Of a DNA stretch of 64,000 nt, positions 12,675 through 24,590 are shown piece by piece. The stretch's first letter is position 1, and every line of letters starts with the position of its first letter. The notes beneath the pieces were generated by a model, which worked only from the letters and a program-made list of their open reading frames with translations, searched no databases and was not told the origin of the DNA. Source of the stretch: Thermoanaerobaculia bacterium (GTDB lineage: Bacteria; Acidobacteriota; Thermoanaerobaculia; Multivoradales; Multivoraceae). The DNA lies in assembly GCA_963666565.1 (NCBI GenBank), contig OY762911.1, forward strand, positions 3,424,001 through 3,488,000, read 5' to 3'. A program made the translations under genes and the position numbers.

Positions 12675-13622
12675 TCAGTTTGATTGGTCCGTGCGTCGAA
12701 AGTACTCGCGGGCGGCGTCCGCGTCCCGGCCGATCTGGGCGGACAGGTCCATCATCGACGAGAAGAGCTTCTCTTCCCGCAGGTGCCTGCAGAACGAGAG
12801 ATGTACCCGCTCGCCGTAGACGTCGCTCGAGAAGTCGAGGATGTGACTCTCGACCACCCGCCGGTAGTTCTCGTAGACGGTAGGCCGGGTGCCGATGTTC
12901 GTGACCGACCGGAAGGTCGCCTCGAAGCTCGGAAAGTACACCTTCGTCACGTAGACGCCGTTGTGGGGGCAGAGCTCGTTGTCCGGCGTCAGGTTGATCG
13001 TCGGCCAGCCGAGCCGCTGGCCCATGCGGTCGCCCCGGGCGATCGTGCCCGTCATCGCGTAGGGGCGGCCGAGGAGGGCGTTCGCCTCCTCGATCCGGCC
13101 GTCGAGGACCAGCCTCCGTATGCGGCTGCTGGAAACCCGCTCGCCGTCCGTCCGGACCTCGTCGATCTCCACCGCGGCGAAGCCGAGCGACGCGCCCATC
13201 TCCTTCAGCAGCGCGATGTCGCCCTCCCGCCTCCGCCCGAAGGTGAAGTGCGAACCGACGTAGAGCTCCGCGACCGCCAGCCTGCCGTGCAGGAAGTCGC
13301 GGACGAACGTCCGCGCCCGGGTGTTCGAGAACTCGTGGGTGAAGCCGATCGTCAGCACGTATTCCAGGCCCGCTTCCCGCAGAAGATCCTCCTTCTGGGC
13401 CTGGGTCACCAGCCGGGGCGGCGCCTCCTCCGGCCGGACGACGCTCAGCGGATGCGGGTCGAAGGTGATGACCGCCGAGGGCGCTCCGCGTTCGCGCGCG
13501 CGGCCCGCGACCATGTCGAGCACGCTCTGCTGCCCGATGTGGATGCCGTCGTAGTTGCCGATCGTCGCGACCACCCCGCGCGGCAGCTCGGTCGACGCCA
13601 TGGCGTCGCGGATCGCCTGCAT
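12675..13622 (-). CDS. ribF: Bifunctional riboflavin kinase/FAD synthetase
   Basis: IGNYDGIHIGQQ, TFDPHP, VSSSRIR, LGWPTIN, NIGTRPT, ESHILD. Confidence 0.95.
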   Translation of the reverse strand: MQAIRDAMASTELPRGVVATIGNYDGIHIGQQSVLDMVAGRARERGAPSAVITFDPHPLSVVRPEEAPPRLVTQAQKEDLLREAGLEYVLTIGFTHEFSNTRARTFVRDFLHGRLAVAELYVGSHFTFGRRREGDIALLKEMGASLGFAAVEIDEVRTDGERVSSSRIRRLVLDGRIEEANALLGRPYAMTGTIARGDRMGQRLGWPTINLTPDNELCPHNGVYVTKVYFPSFEATFRSVTNIGTRPTVYENYRRVVESHILDFSSDVYGERVHLSFCRHLREEKLFSSMMDLSAQIGRDADAAREYFRRTDQSN

Positions 13623-15250
13623 CAGGAACGCGCCTCCGCGACCGCCGCCACGGGCGTGACGGCGGCGGGGCCGAAGCCCACGATCCGCCCGACGGAGTCG
13701 TCGGCGAAGGCGTCGGTGATCTCGACGTCGACGATCCGGCCGGCGGCGAACGCGCCCAGGTCGGGAGTCCCCGGACCGTCGCCGGCAACGTCGTTGATCA
13801 GGACGCGGCCGTCGACCTCCGGCGCCATCCCCTGGTGGCGCGCCTGGAGCAGGTGCCCCGTCTCTTCGCACGGCCCCTCGACCAGCATCGGCAGCGTCCT
13901 GCCGACAAGACGCCGCCGCCGCTCCAGCGCGATGTCGCGCTGAAGCTCGAGCAGGCGCTCCCGGCGTTCCTCCGCGACCCGGCGCGGCGGCCGGTCCGGC
14001 AGCGAAGCGGACGGCGTGTCGCCTTCCGGGCTGTAGAGAAACGCGCCCAGGTGGTCGAAGCGCACCTCGGAGACGAACTCGAGCAGCCGCTCGAAAGCGG
14101 GCTCGTCCTCGCCCGGAAAACCGACGATGAAGGTCGTCCGCAGGCTGATCTCCGGGTCGAGCTCGCGCGCCCGCTCGAAGATCCGCCGGTAGCGCTCGGC
14201 CGATCCGCCCCGGCGCATCGCCCGCAACACCTCCCGGTCGGCGTGCTGGAGCGGCATGTCGAGGTAGGACGCCACCCGCGGTTCGCTCGCCATCAGGCCG
14301 AGCAGCGACTCGTCCAGGGTGGTCGGATAGGCGTAGAGGAACCGGATCCATTCCGCGTCCGTCTCCGCCAGCAGGACCTCCACCAGGCGGGCGAGGCCGT
14401 GCCGGCCGTAGCCGAGATCCTCGCCGTAGCGCGTCGTGTCCTGCGCCACGAGCACGAGTTCGCGGGCGCCCCGCGCCACCAGGTCCCGCGCCTCGAGGAC
14501 CAGGCTCTCGATGGGGCGGCTGCGGAGGCGTCCCCGCCACACCGGAATCGCGCAGAAGGTACACGGGTTGTTGCAGCCCTCGGCGACCTTCAGGTACGCG
14601 TACCCGCCGGTGGTCAGCAGCCGCGAGTCCCGGTGGTCGAACACCAGGTGGGACGCCGCCGGTTCCGCCGCGGGCGCGCCGCCGAGCTGCACCAGGGCGC
14701 CGACCCGCCGCAGCGAATCGAGATCGACGAAGCCGTCGATCTCCGGGATCTCGGCGGCGAGTTCCCGGCCGTAACGGTTCGCCATGCAGCCCGCCACGAG
14801 CACCTGCCGCACCGCCTCCCCGGCGTCCGCCTTGCGGGCGGCGACGTCGAGGATGGCGTCGATCGACTCCTCCCGGGCCTCGTCGATGAAGCCGCAGGTG
14901 TTGACGATGACCGTCTCGGCCCGGTCCAGGTCCCCGACCAGCTCGAAGCCCTGGCGGTCGAGGACTCCGAGCATGACCTCGCTGTCGACGTGGTTCTTGG
15001 CGCAACCGAGACTGACCAGGCCGACGCGGTGTCCGGCCGCGTCGGCCGGCGGGCCGGTCTCCACCCGCGGCTGGGGGCGCGGGTCCGGCGACCCGCTCCC
15101 GCCGCGGGCGGCCAGGGAACGCTGGGTGCGCGGGTCTTCTGACCCGCTCCCGCCGTAGGCGGCCAGAGAACGCTGGGTGCGCGGGTCTTCTGACCCGCTC
15201 CCGCCGTAGGCGGCCAGAGAACGCGCCACCCTGGTCGGGCCTTCGGTCAC
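13622..15250 (-). CDS. rimO: Ribosomal protein S12 methylthiotransferase RimO (start uncertain: GTG 15250 or GTG 15064)
   Basis: SLGCAKNHVDSE, NTCGFIDEAREES, radical-SAM EGCNNPCTFC, APEVDG TRAM region. Confidence 0.93.
   Translation of the reverse strand: MTEGPTRVARSLAAYGGSGSEDPRTQRSLAAYGGSGSEDPRTQRSLAARGGSGSPDPRPQPRVETGPPADAAGHRVGLVSLGCAKNHVDSEVMLGVLDRQGFELVGDLDRAETVIVNTCGFIDEAREESIDAILDVAARKADAGEAVRQVLVAGCMANRYGRELAAEIPEIDGFVDLDSLRRVGALVQLGGAPAAEPAASHLVFDHRDSRLLTTGGYAYLKVAEGCNNPCTFCAIPVWRGRLRSRPIESLVLEARDLVARGARELVLVAQDTTRYGEDLGYGRHGLARLVEVLLAETDAEWIRFLYAYPTTLDESLLGLMASEPRVASYLDMPLQHADREVLRAMRRGGSAERYRRIFERARELDPEISLRTTFIVGFPGEDEPAFERLLEFVSEVRFDHLGAFLYSPEGDTPSASLPDRPPRRVAEERRERLLELQRDIALERRRRLVGRTLPMLVEGPCEETGHLLQARHQGMAPEVDGRVLINDVAGDGPGTPDLGAFAAGRIVDVEITDAFADDSVGRIVGFGPAAVTPVAAVAEARS
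15069..15224 (-). repeat. Three tandem 51-bp palindromic (REP-like) units
   Basis: Unit CGCTGGGTGCGCGGGTCTTCTGACCCGCTCCCGCCGTAGGCGGCCAGAGAA; two identical copies and one diverged copy; in the rimO frame reads SLAAYGGSGSEDPRTQR. Confidence 0.9.
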
Positions 15251-15270
15251 GGTCGCGCCGGCAGCCCGCG

Positions 15271-17142
15271 TCAGGACGCGGCGGCCGCCGCCCGGCGGGG
15301 AGCGCGCCCCGACGGATCGAGGTCGTCCAGCAGCTTCTCGCGGCCGATGTGTCGTCCGCCCATCACGTCCTGCGCGGTGCGGTACTTCAGGTCGTCCTCG
15401 TTGTGCCACAGCTCGTGGAAGAGCTGCTTCACCCGCCGCCGCGACATGCGGCAGAAGAGATCGCAGAGCGCCGCGGAGTGGGCGGCGTCCGCCTTGCCGG
15501 CCTGCTCCTCGGACTGGGCGCGGGAGACCGAGGCGGCCATCGCGAAGAGTTCGTTGACGACGTCGACGAGCCGGAAGAGGAACATCTGCCGCCGCTCCAT
15601 CTTCTCCCGGTACACGAGCATCCCGTGGAAGCTCTCGCGCGCCAGCTTGCGCGCCGCGCGGTCGATGAAGCGCAGGTGCCTGCCGTACTTGCCGTACCCG
15701 GCGTAGCGGGGCCAGCGGCTCCAGGCCAGCCAGCGGGTCGGGTACCACCAGGCGTAGAACAGGCCGATCTTCGGCAGCGCCATCAGCTTGGCGCCCGTGC
15801 CGGCGCGCCGGTCGATCAGGGTGCCGGCAACCTGCAGGTGCTTGTCCACCGCCTCGCGGGCCATGATCAGGTGCATGATCTCGCTGGAACCCTCGAAGAT
15901 GCGGTTGATCCGGAAGTCCCGCATCATCCGTTCGATGCCGACCGGGTCCTCGCCCCGGTCGCGCAGCGACGACTCCGTCTCGTAGCCGCGGCCGCCGCGC
16001 ACCTGCATCGTCTCGTCGATGATCTGCCAGCCGCGCCAGGTGTTCCACTCCTTGCAGGCCGCGCTTTCGAGCCGCAGGTCGAGCCGCTTGTCGTTCGACA
16101 TGTGGCTGGCCAGCTTGACGATCGCCTCCATCGCGAAGCCGTAGGCCGCGATGTCGGAGATCTTCTGGGCGATCGCCTCGTGCTTGCCGATCGGCACGCC
16201 CCACTGAATCCGGCTGCCGCCGAACTCTCGCACCGCCTTGAGGCAGTACTTGGCGGCGCCCACCGAGCTGTTCGGAATCGACAGGCGGCCGTCGTTCAGC
16301 GTCGTGAGGGCGATCTTGAGCCCCCTGCCCTCCTTGCCGATCAGGTTCTCCTTCGGCACCCTCACGTTGTCGAACGCGATGACGCCGTTGGCCAGGGCGT
16401 TCAGGCCCATGAAGTGGCAGCGGCGCTCCACCTCGACGCCGTCCCAGTCCGTCTCGACGACGAAGGAGCTGATCTTCTCCGTCGCCGGATCCATCGCCAT
16501 GACGACGAGCAGCTTCGCCTTCGTGCCGTTCGTGCACCAGAGCTTGGTGCCGTTCAGCACGTAGGAGTCGCCGTCGAGCACGGCGGAGGTCGAGAGCCGG
16601 GCCGGGTCGGAACCGACCTCCGGCTCGGTCAGGGCGAAGGCCGAGATCTCGCCCGAGGCGCAGCGAGGCAGGTACTTCCGCTTCAGTTCCTCGCTGCCGA
16701 AGAGAGCGACCGGCTGCGGCACGCCGATCGACTGGTGCGCCGAGAGCAGCGCCGTCAGGTTGCCGTCGAACGAGCCGATCATCTCCATCACCTGGGCGTA
16801 CTCGACCTGGTCGAAGCCGAGGCCGCCGTACTCCGTCGGGATCTTCATGCCGAAGGCGCCCAGCCGGGCGAGGCCGTCGAGCACGTGGTCGGGGTAGTCC
16901 TCGGAAACGTCGATCTCGACCGGATCGACCTCGTCGCGCAGGAAGTCCGTCAGCGCGGAGTAGAACGACTCGAACTCGGGCCGCCATTCGTCGCGCGAGG
17001 GATAGGGGTTGATCAGGTCGAAGCGAAAGTTGCCCAGGAACAGCTCCTTCATGAAGGAGGGGTTCTTCCACTCCTTCTGGCGCGATTCCTCGGCGACCGC
17101 TCTCGCCTTCTCTTCACTCACTTGAACCTGCTGCTGGCTCAT
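15271..17142 (-). CDS. Acyl-CoA dehydrogenase (long, VLCAD/ACAD9-like)
   Basis: FALTEPEVGSD, LNGTKLWCTNG, QVRGGRGY, RIFEGSSEI. Confidence 0.93.
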   Translation of the reverse strand: MSQQQVQVSEEKARAVAEESRQKEWKNPSFMKELFLGNFRFDLINPYPSRDEWRPEFESFYSALTDFLRDEVDPVEIDVSEDYPDHVLDGLARLGAFGMKIPTEYGGLGFDQVEYAQVMEMIGSFDGNLTALLSAHQSIGVPQPVALFGSEELKRKYLPRCASGEISAFALTEPEVGSDPARLSTSAVLDGDSYVLNGTKLWCTNGTKAKLLVVMAMDPATEKISSFVVETDWDGVEVERRCHFMGLNALANGVIAFDNVRVPKENLIGKEGRGLKIALTTLNDGRLSIPNSSVGAAKYCLKAVREFGGSRIQWGVPIGKHEAIAQKISDIAAYGFAMEAIVKLASHMSNDKRLDLRLESAACKEWNTWRGWQIIDETMQVRGGRGYETESSLRDRGEDPVGIERMMRDFRINRIFEGSSEIMHLIMAREAVDKHLQVAGTLIDRRAGTGAKLMALPKIGLFYAWWYPTRWLAWSRWPRYAGYGKYGRHLRFIDRAARKLARESFHGMLVYREKMERRQMFLFRLVDVVNELFAMAASVSRAQSEEQAGKADAAHSAALCDLFCRMSRRRVKQLFHELWHNEDDLKYRTAQDVMGGRHIGREKLLDDLDPSGRAPRRAAAAAS

Positions 17143-17260
17143 CTGGTCGGCTCCTGTGGGGTGCTCTCTGCTGCTTGTGGGGAGTTTCGGCGCCCGATGC
17201 GGCTCGGGGCCGGGCCATTCTATCCGGCGGCGGGGAAACCGCCGCCGGGCCCCGGGCGGC

Positions 17261-18811
17261 TCAGTCTTCGGCGGCGCCCCAGCCGCCGCCGCCCGGCGTC
17301 TCGAGCACGAGCACGTCGCCCGGCATAACGTCCGCCTGGTCGACGGAGGCCAGCTCGCGCACTCCCCCGCCGGCGCGCCGGATGCGGGCGCGGCCCGGCG
17401 TCCCGCTCCCGCCGCCGTCGACGCCGTAGGGACGCTCCACCCGGTGCTGGCCCAGCACCGAGACCTGCTGCGGGGTGAGGAACCGCAGCTCGCGGCGCAG
17501 CCCGTCGCCGCCCGGATACCGGCCCGAGCCGCCCGAGCCGCGGCGCACGGCGAACCGCTCGAGCCGCACCGGATAGCGGTGCTCCAGCACCTCGGGATCG
17601 GTGATCCGGGTGTTCGTCATGTGGGTGTGGACGCCGCTGGCACCGGCGAATCCCGGCCCGGCGCCCGCGCCGCCGCCGACCGTCTCGTAGTAGCCGAAGG
17701 TGTCGTCGCCGAACAGGGTGTTGTTCATCGTGCCCTGGCCGCAGGCGCAGAGACCGAGGGCCTTGATCAGGGTGTCGACCACCCGCTGGCTGGTCTCGAC
17801 GTTGCCCCCGACGACCGCCGGGCAGAGGTTCGGGTCGGGCGGGAAGTCGGGGTTCAGCATGCCGGGCGGGATCTCGATCTCGATCGGCTCCAGCAACCCC
17901 TCGTTCAACTGAAGCGGCACGCCGATCAGCAGCCGCAGGACGTAGATCGTGGCGCTGCGGACGATCGCCGGGGTCGCGTTCAGGTTGCCGGGATGGACCG
18001 GCGCGCTGCCCGTGAAGTCGATCCGCGCCGAACCGCGGTCCACCGTTACCTCGACCTCGATCGGCGAACCGTCGTCCAGGCGTTCCCGGGCGTGGAACGA
18101 CTGCCGCCCGGTCTTCCGCGCGTGTTCCTCGAGAGCGGTCCGCATCCGGTCGGCGGCGCGCGAATGGAGCGCCGACATGTGGAGGCGCACCTCCTCCTCG
18201 CCGCTGTCCTCCGCGAGCTTCCGCAGGGCGGCCACGCCGCGCCGGTTCGCGGCGACGGCCGCGCCCAGGTCGGCGAGGTTCTCGGCCACGGAGCGCGACG
18301 GCGCCGGGCCGCGGCCGAGCAGCGCCTCCATCCGCTCCCACCGCGGCTCTCCTCCCCGGACGAGGTAGCGCGGCGCGATGACGACGCCCTCCTCCGCCAG
18401 GTTCCGGGCCTCCGGCGGCATGGAGCCCGGCCGGATGCCGCCCAGTTCGGCGTGGTGGGCGCGGTTGGCGACGTAGCCGAGCAACCGGTCCTCCACGAAC
18501 GCCGGCGAGATGACCGTGATGTCGGGCAGGTGGGATCCTCCATAGCCGGGATGGTTCGTCACGGCGACATCGCCCGGGCCGAGTGCGAGTTCCGCCGCGA
18601 CCCCGCGCACGCACTCGCCGAGCGCTCCCAGGTGGACGGGGATGTGCGGCGCGTTGACCAGCAACCGGCCATCCGCGTCGAGCAGTCCGCACGAGAAGTC
18701 GAGCCGCTCCTTGACGTTCACCGACATGGCGGTCCGCTGCAGCATGACGCCCATCTCGGAAGCGACGGCGGCGAACCGGTTGCCGAACAGCTCGAGACGA
18801 ACGGGGTCCAC
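17261..18811 (-). CDS. Hydantoinase B / 5-oxoprolinase B-type subunit
   Basis: [55 protein letters not shown]. Confidence 0.92.
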   Translation of the reverse strand: MDPVRLELFGNRFAAVASEMGVMLQRTAMSVNVKERLDFSCGLLDADGRLLVNAPHIPVHLGALGECVRGVAAELALGPGDVAVTNHPGYGGSHLPDITVISPAFVEDRLLGYVANRAHHAELGGIRPGSMPPEARNLAEEGVVIAPRYLVRGGEPRWERMEALLGRGPAPSRSVAENLADLGAAVAANRRGVAALRKLAEDSGEEEVRLHMSALHSRAADRMRTALEEHARKTGRQSFHARERLDDGSPIEVEVTVDRGSARIDFTGSAPVHPGNLNATPAIVRSATIYVLRLLIGVPLQLNEGLLEPIEIEIPPGMLNPDFPPDPNLCPAVVGGNVETSQRVVDTLIKALGLCACGQGTMNNTLFGDDTFGYYETVGGGAGAGPGFAGASGVHTHMTNTRITDPEVLEHRYPVRLERFAVRRGSGGSGRYPGGDGLRRELRFLTPQQVSVLGQHRVERPYGVDGGGSGTPGRARIRRAGGGVRELASVDQADVMPGDVLVLETPGGGGWGAAED

Positions 18812-18891
18812 GGGCGGAGTCTACGCGGGGGCCTCGGGAGTCGCTAAGGTACCGCTTCCAACGAGACTTCCCTGCACCCTGGAGCGCCGCG

Positions 18892-20514
<1,623 letters not shown>

Positions 20515-20662
20515 CGCGGCGGAAACGGGTGCGCCGGCGTCCACGCCGGCATCCGGCGCGAAGCGCCGGCTGCCATCCGCGCGCCCGATGACGGGCGCAC
20601 GGACTGGTTCACGGGTGACGCGGATCGCGCCACCCGGGTCCCGGACCTTCTGCCGCGCTAGC

Positions 20663-21529
20663 TCAGTCCGCCGACACTCCCAAGTGCTCGTTGAACCACG
20701 AGACGAGCGCACTCTCGGCGCGCTCGCCGTCCTCGCCGCGGAAACCGTGGGCGGCGCCCTCGATGACGATCAGCTTCGAGGCGACGTTCGCCTCGTCGAA
20801 GGCGGCCTTGATCCTCTCGCTGTTGGCGATCGGCACGAGCTGGTCCTGGTCGCCGTGGATCAGCAGGGTCGGCGGATCGTCCTCGCTGACGAACAGGATC
20901 GGCGAGATGTCGGCGGCCTTGGCGGGGTCGAAGTCGAGGGCCGGGAAACGGTCGTTCGGACCGACGATCCCCTGCAGGTCGACCGGCGGGAAGTAGGCGA
21001 CGACGGCCGCCACCCGGTTGCCGGTCCGCTCGATCGGGTCCTTGCTCTCGGCGTCTCCTTCGTCCGAGGCGTTGCCGAGCATCAGCGACAGGTGGCCGCC
21101 GGCGCTGCCGCCGAAGACGCCCATCCGGTCCGGGTCGATGCCGAAGTCGTCCGCGTTCAGGCGGATGTAGCGCACCGCCCGCCGCACGTCGGCGACCGCG
21201 TCGGGCACCTTGAACAGCGGCGCCGAGCCGTGGCGGACCATGAACACGGCGTAGCCGTGGTCCAGAAGATCGCCCACCGCGCCGGACCGGCCGCTCTCGC
21301 CAGCCACGATCCGGTGCGGGTCGGACCAGCGGGAGAACCAGCCGCCGCTGACCATGAAGAGCACGGCCGCTCCGTTCTGCTCTTCGGGCACCAGGGCGTC
21401 GAAGGTCATGGCCATGCCCATCTTGTGTCCGTAGACGACGTCGGCGTGGACGTCCGCGGCGGCGCCGCCGGCAACCAGCGGGGCGGCCAGCAGGGCCGCG
21501 GCGAGGAGGAGGGGGAGTGCGCGCTTCAT
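20663..21529 (-). CDS. Secreted alpha/beta hydrolase (esterase)
   Basis: Signal peptide, GGSAGGHL nucleophile elbow, HGDQD, AAHGF. Confidence 0.88.
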   Translation of the reverse strand: MKRALPLLLAAALLAAPLVAGGAAADVHADVVYGHKMGMAMTFDALVPEEQNGAAVLFMVSGGWFSRWSDPHRIVAGESGRSGAVGDLLDHGYAVFMVRHGSAPLFKVPDAVADVRRAVRYIRLNADDFGIDPDRMGVFGGSAGGHLSLMLGNASDEGDAESKDPIERTGNRVAAVVAYFPPVDLQGIVGPNDRFPALDFDPAKAADISPILFVSEDDPPTLLIHGDQDQLVPIANSERIKAAFDEANVASKLIVIEGAAHGFRGEDGERAESALVSWFNEHLGVSAD

Positions 21530-21646
21530 CTGTGTTCTCCTGATGTGTCGTGTCCTGATGTCCGGTGGATGTTCCGGCGCCCGAGGAATCCAGGCCCTCC
21601 GCGGATCGCTCCCGCGGACCGCGCCGGCGCCCGAGTCGTCCCCGCC

Positions 21647-23356
21647 CTACGGCCGGGCGCCTCCCGTTGTCTCCTGCGGCGACGCCGCGGGCCTGTCCCG
21701 TTCCGCGGCAACCATATCCGCCACGTCGGCGAGGAGCTCTTTCGCGTCGTAGACGATGCCGTCCTTGATCGTGTAGCGGACACCGCCGACCCGCTCCGGG
21801 CGGCCGGTGTCGTCGTTCAGCCGGACCGCGCCGGTGCCGTAGAGCACCTTCAGGTTGGCGATCGGGTTCTCGTCCACGACCAGCAGGTCGGCGAGCATCC
21901 CCTCACGCACGATCCCGAACTCGATGTCGGCGCCACTCGCCTTCGCGAGTTCCTCGGCGCCGTTCATCGTCGCCGAGCGGATGACCTCGAGCGGATGGAA
22001 GCCCGCCTCCTGCAGCATCTCCAGTTCGAGGATCGTGCCGAACCCGTAGGTCTGGTAGATAAAGCCCGAGTCGGAGCCCACGGTGACCCGGCCGCCGCGG
22101 TTCTTGTACTCGTTCAGGAACCGCATCCAGACGCGGTAGAAGTTCTTCCAGGCCACCTCGTCCGCGGTCGTCCAGTAGAACCAGTACGAGCCGTGGTCCA
22201 GGCGGCTGGGGACGTAGAACTCGGCGAGGCTCGGCAGCGTGTAGTCCGCGTGCCAGTCGGCGTTGCGCGCCCGCATCACGTCGCGGCCGGCGGAGTAGAT
22301 CGCCATCGTCGGGTTGATGAAGAAGTCGAGTTCCAGGAACTCCTCAAGCAGGGCGTTCCAGCGCTCGCCGCCGGGCTCGACCATGCTCCACTGCCGAGCC
22401 ACCTGACCGAAGCGGAACTGCTCGTCCATGTAGTTCATCTCGGCCGGCCAGGGCTGCACGTCGTGGCGCTCGTACATCGACTCGAACAGGCCGTAGAAGT
22501 GGGTCATCCCGACCAGGCCCAGGCGCGCGGAGTCGATCGCGTTCATGTTGGCGACGCCCATCTGGTCGAGGTGGGCGGTCGATCCCATGCCCAGACTCCT
22601 CGACTCGTCCAGCAGCGCCGCCATGATCTTCGGGGGAAACGCGCCGAGCTTGAGACCGTCCACGCCCTTCTCGTGGGCGTAACGCACCCACTCGCGGGCA
22701 TCGGCGGGGGTGCGGATGTCGCGGTCCTTCCACTCCTTGCCGCTGCCCGGACGCTGGTACGAGACGAACCGCGGCGCGGCGATCTCGTTCGTGCGGCTGC
22801 GCTCCTTCTCGCTCAGGTCCCACTCCAGCGGACCGGTAGGCACGCCGCGCGCGGTCGTGATGCCGTGCGCCAGCCACAGCTTGTAGACGTAGTCCGCCCG
22901 CGGCGCCTTGGGTACGCCGCCGGTGTGGACGTGAAGATCGACCAGGCCCGGCAGCACCCAGGAGCCGGAGAGATCGAGCTCACGGTCGGCGTCCTTCGGG
23001 CGCCGGCTCTCGTCGATCTCGGTGTTGGCCATGCCCAGGCTCTTGATCTCCTCGATCCGGTTGCCCTCGATGACGATGTCGACCGGCCCCATCGGCGGTG
23101 CGCCGGTGCCGTCGACCACCATCACGCCGCGCAGAATCAGCCGGTCGAAGGGGCCCTCGCCTTCTCCTTCCGGCCGCGGGGGCGCCGGTTCGACCAGCTT
23201 CGGCTCTTCTTCCTCTTCCGCGGCCACGGGCACTGCCGCCAGCCACGTCAGGGACAGGCAGACCAGGCCGAGCACGGGGAAGCGCCTTCGCGCGCGTTGT
23301 CCGGGAGGGACGAGTGACGATCGCATGAACTCTGCTCCTTGCGTTCTGCGGCGCAA
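21647..23356 (-). CDS. Secreted amidohydrolase family protein (start may be ATG 23326)
   Basis: PGLVDLHVH, VGSDSG, SATMNGAE, ADLLVVDENP. Confidence 0.87.
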   Translation of the reverse strand: MRRRTQGAEFMRSSLVPPGQRARRRFPVLGLVCLSLTWLAAVPVAAEEEEEPKLVEPAPPRPEGEGEGPFDRLILRGVMVVDGTGAPPMGPVDIVIEGNRIEEIKSLGMANTEIDESRRPKDADRELDLSGSWVLPGLVDLHVHTGGVPKAPRADYVYKLWLAHGITTARGVPTGPLEWDLSEKERSRTNEIAAPRFVSYQRPGSGKEWKDRDIRTPADAREWVRYAHEKGVDGLKLGAFPPKIMAALLDESRSLGMGSTAHLDQMGVANMNAIDSARLGLVGMTHFYGLFESMYERHDVQPWPAEMNYMDEQFRFGQVARQWSMVEPGGERWNALLEEFLELDFFINPTMAIYSAGRDVMRARNADWHADYTLPSLAEFYVPSRLDHGSYWFYWTTADEVAWKNFYRVWMRFLNEYKNRGGRVTVGSDSGFIYQTYGFGTILELEMLQEAGFHPLEVIRSATMNGAEELAKASGADIEFGIVREGMLADLLVVDENPIANLKVLYGTGAVRLNDDTGRPERVGGVRYTIKDGIVYDAKELLADVADMVAAERDRPAASPQETTGGARP

Positions 23357-23360
23357 GCTC

Positions 23361-24371
23361 CTAGGCGCGCGAGAGCGAAGGGCGCTCGTCCGAATCGACG
23401 ACGGCGCTCAGATAGAGCAGCGCCTGCCCTGGCTGCGGCGCCCGCACCAGCAGGTTGTGGGTGGCGGCGAGCACGTCGCGGCGGCTGATCTGGCCCACCA
23501 GCTGGCGGCCGCGGAGCACCGGCAGCCGGCGGTACGGCGTGCTCTTGAAGATGCGCGCGATGGACAGGATGTCCGTGTCCTCGGAGATCGTGCGCGCCTT
23601 GCGGTCCATGAACGCGGAGGCGTCGGTCGAATCGAGCTCGAAGTCCCCCGGCTCGCCCGCTTCGTCCGGCGCCGCCAGGTCCTCGAGGCCGAGTTCGCCG
23701 CTGCGCTCGCGCAGGATCGCCCGCCGGCCCTCGATCGCCGAGGTCAGGTGATGCTCGGCCGCGAGCACGTCGCGGCGGCTGACCTGACCCACCAGGGCGC
23801 CGCCGTCGACCACCGGCAGCCGGCGGTACTCCGTATCGAGAAAGCGCTGGGCGATCTCCAGCAGCGGCTCGGTGCCGTCGATCACCCGGCCGAAGTCCGT
23901 GTTCATGAAGGCATCGACCGGCGCCGCCGGCAACTGGTCGTAGGCCAGGCCGAGCAGCACCTCCATCGAGAACTTCTCGGAGAAGACGCCGAGCAGCTTG
24001 CCGTCGCCGTCGACGACCGGCGCGCCCGATATCCGGTTCCTGAGCAGCAGTCCGATCGCGTCGAGAGCCGACATGCCGGCCTGCAGCTTGACCAGGCGGG
24101 TGGCCATGAAGTCGCGGGAGCGGGTGCGCCGGCTCCGGGCCAGCCCCCGTTCGTCCGCGGCGCGAGCCGTCACCGTGAGGACCGCCAGGCAACTCTTCTC
24201 CGACAGCATCCCGAGGTAACGGCGCCCCTCGCCGATCACCGGCGCGCCGGTGATGCGGTGGCGCAGGAGGGCGCTGACGCCGTCGTAGACGTGGGTGCGC
24301 GGATGCACCGTGACCAGCCTGGTCACCATGACGTCCCGCGCGAGCTGGGGCTTGTCGATCGTCTTGTCCAT
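23361..24371 (-). CDS. Four-CBS-domain protein
   Basis: Two 'I(T/S)GAPV..SEK' CBS repeats followed by two 'YRRLPV..Q(V/I)SRRDVL' repeats. Confidence 0.88.
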   Translation of the reverse strand: MDKTIDKPQLARDVMVTRLVTVHPRTHVYDGVSALLRHRITGAPVIGEGRRYLGMLSEKSCLAVLTVTARAADERGLARSRRTRSRDFMATRLVKLQAGMSALDAIGLLLRNRISGAPVVDGDGKLLGVFSEKFSMEVLLGLAYDQLPAAPVDAFMNTDFGRVIDGTEPLLEIAQRFLDTEYRRLPVVDGGALVGQVSRRDVLAAEHHLTSAIEGRRAILRERSGELGLEDLAAPDEAGEPGDFELDSTDASAFMDRKARTISEDTDILSIARIFKSTPYRRLPVLRGRQLVGQISRRDVLAATHNLLVRAPQPGQALLYLSAVVDSDERPSLSRA

Positions 24372-24436
24372 CGGGCCGCTTCATCGTAGCAGCGGGGCGG
24401 TGGCCACGGCGGCGCGGGCCTCGCGGCCGGCGCGTT

Positions 24437-24487
24437 GTTTTCGGCCGCCTTCGGCGGCAGCGGGTCGGAAGACCCGCGCACCCAGCG
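24437..24487 (+). repeat. Single copy of the 51-bp REP-like palindrome
   Basis: GGCCGCCTTCGGCGGCAGCGGGTCGGAAGACCCGCGCACCCAGCG matches the reverse complement of the rimO-associated units with a few mismatches. Confidence 0.85.
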
Positions 24488-24590
24488 GACGGCCAAGTCC
24501 GCGCGCGACAGCGCGGCCTCGCGGCTGCGAGCGCTGTTAGAGTTGCCGTTTCCGCAAGTCCAGGTTCACCGTCCGTCAAGGGAGAGTTCC

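Noticed and set aside
15069-15224. CRISPR array
   Set aside because: Units are contiguous tandem repeats with no unique spacers, and no cas genes are present.
13622-17071. 1149-aa RimO fusion as given in the ORF track
   Set aside because: The upstream part is an alternative frame over the acyl-CoA dehydrogenase gene; the real CDS starts at or below 15250.
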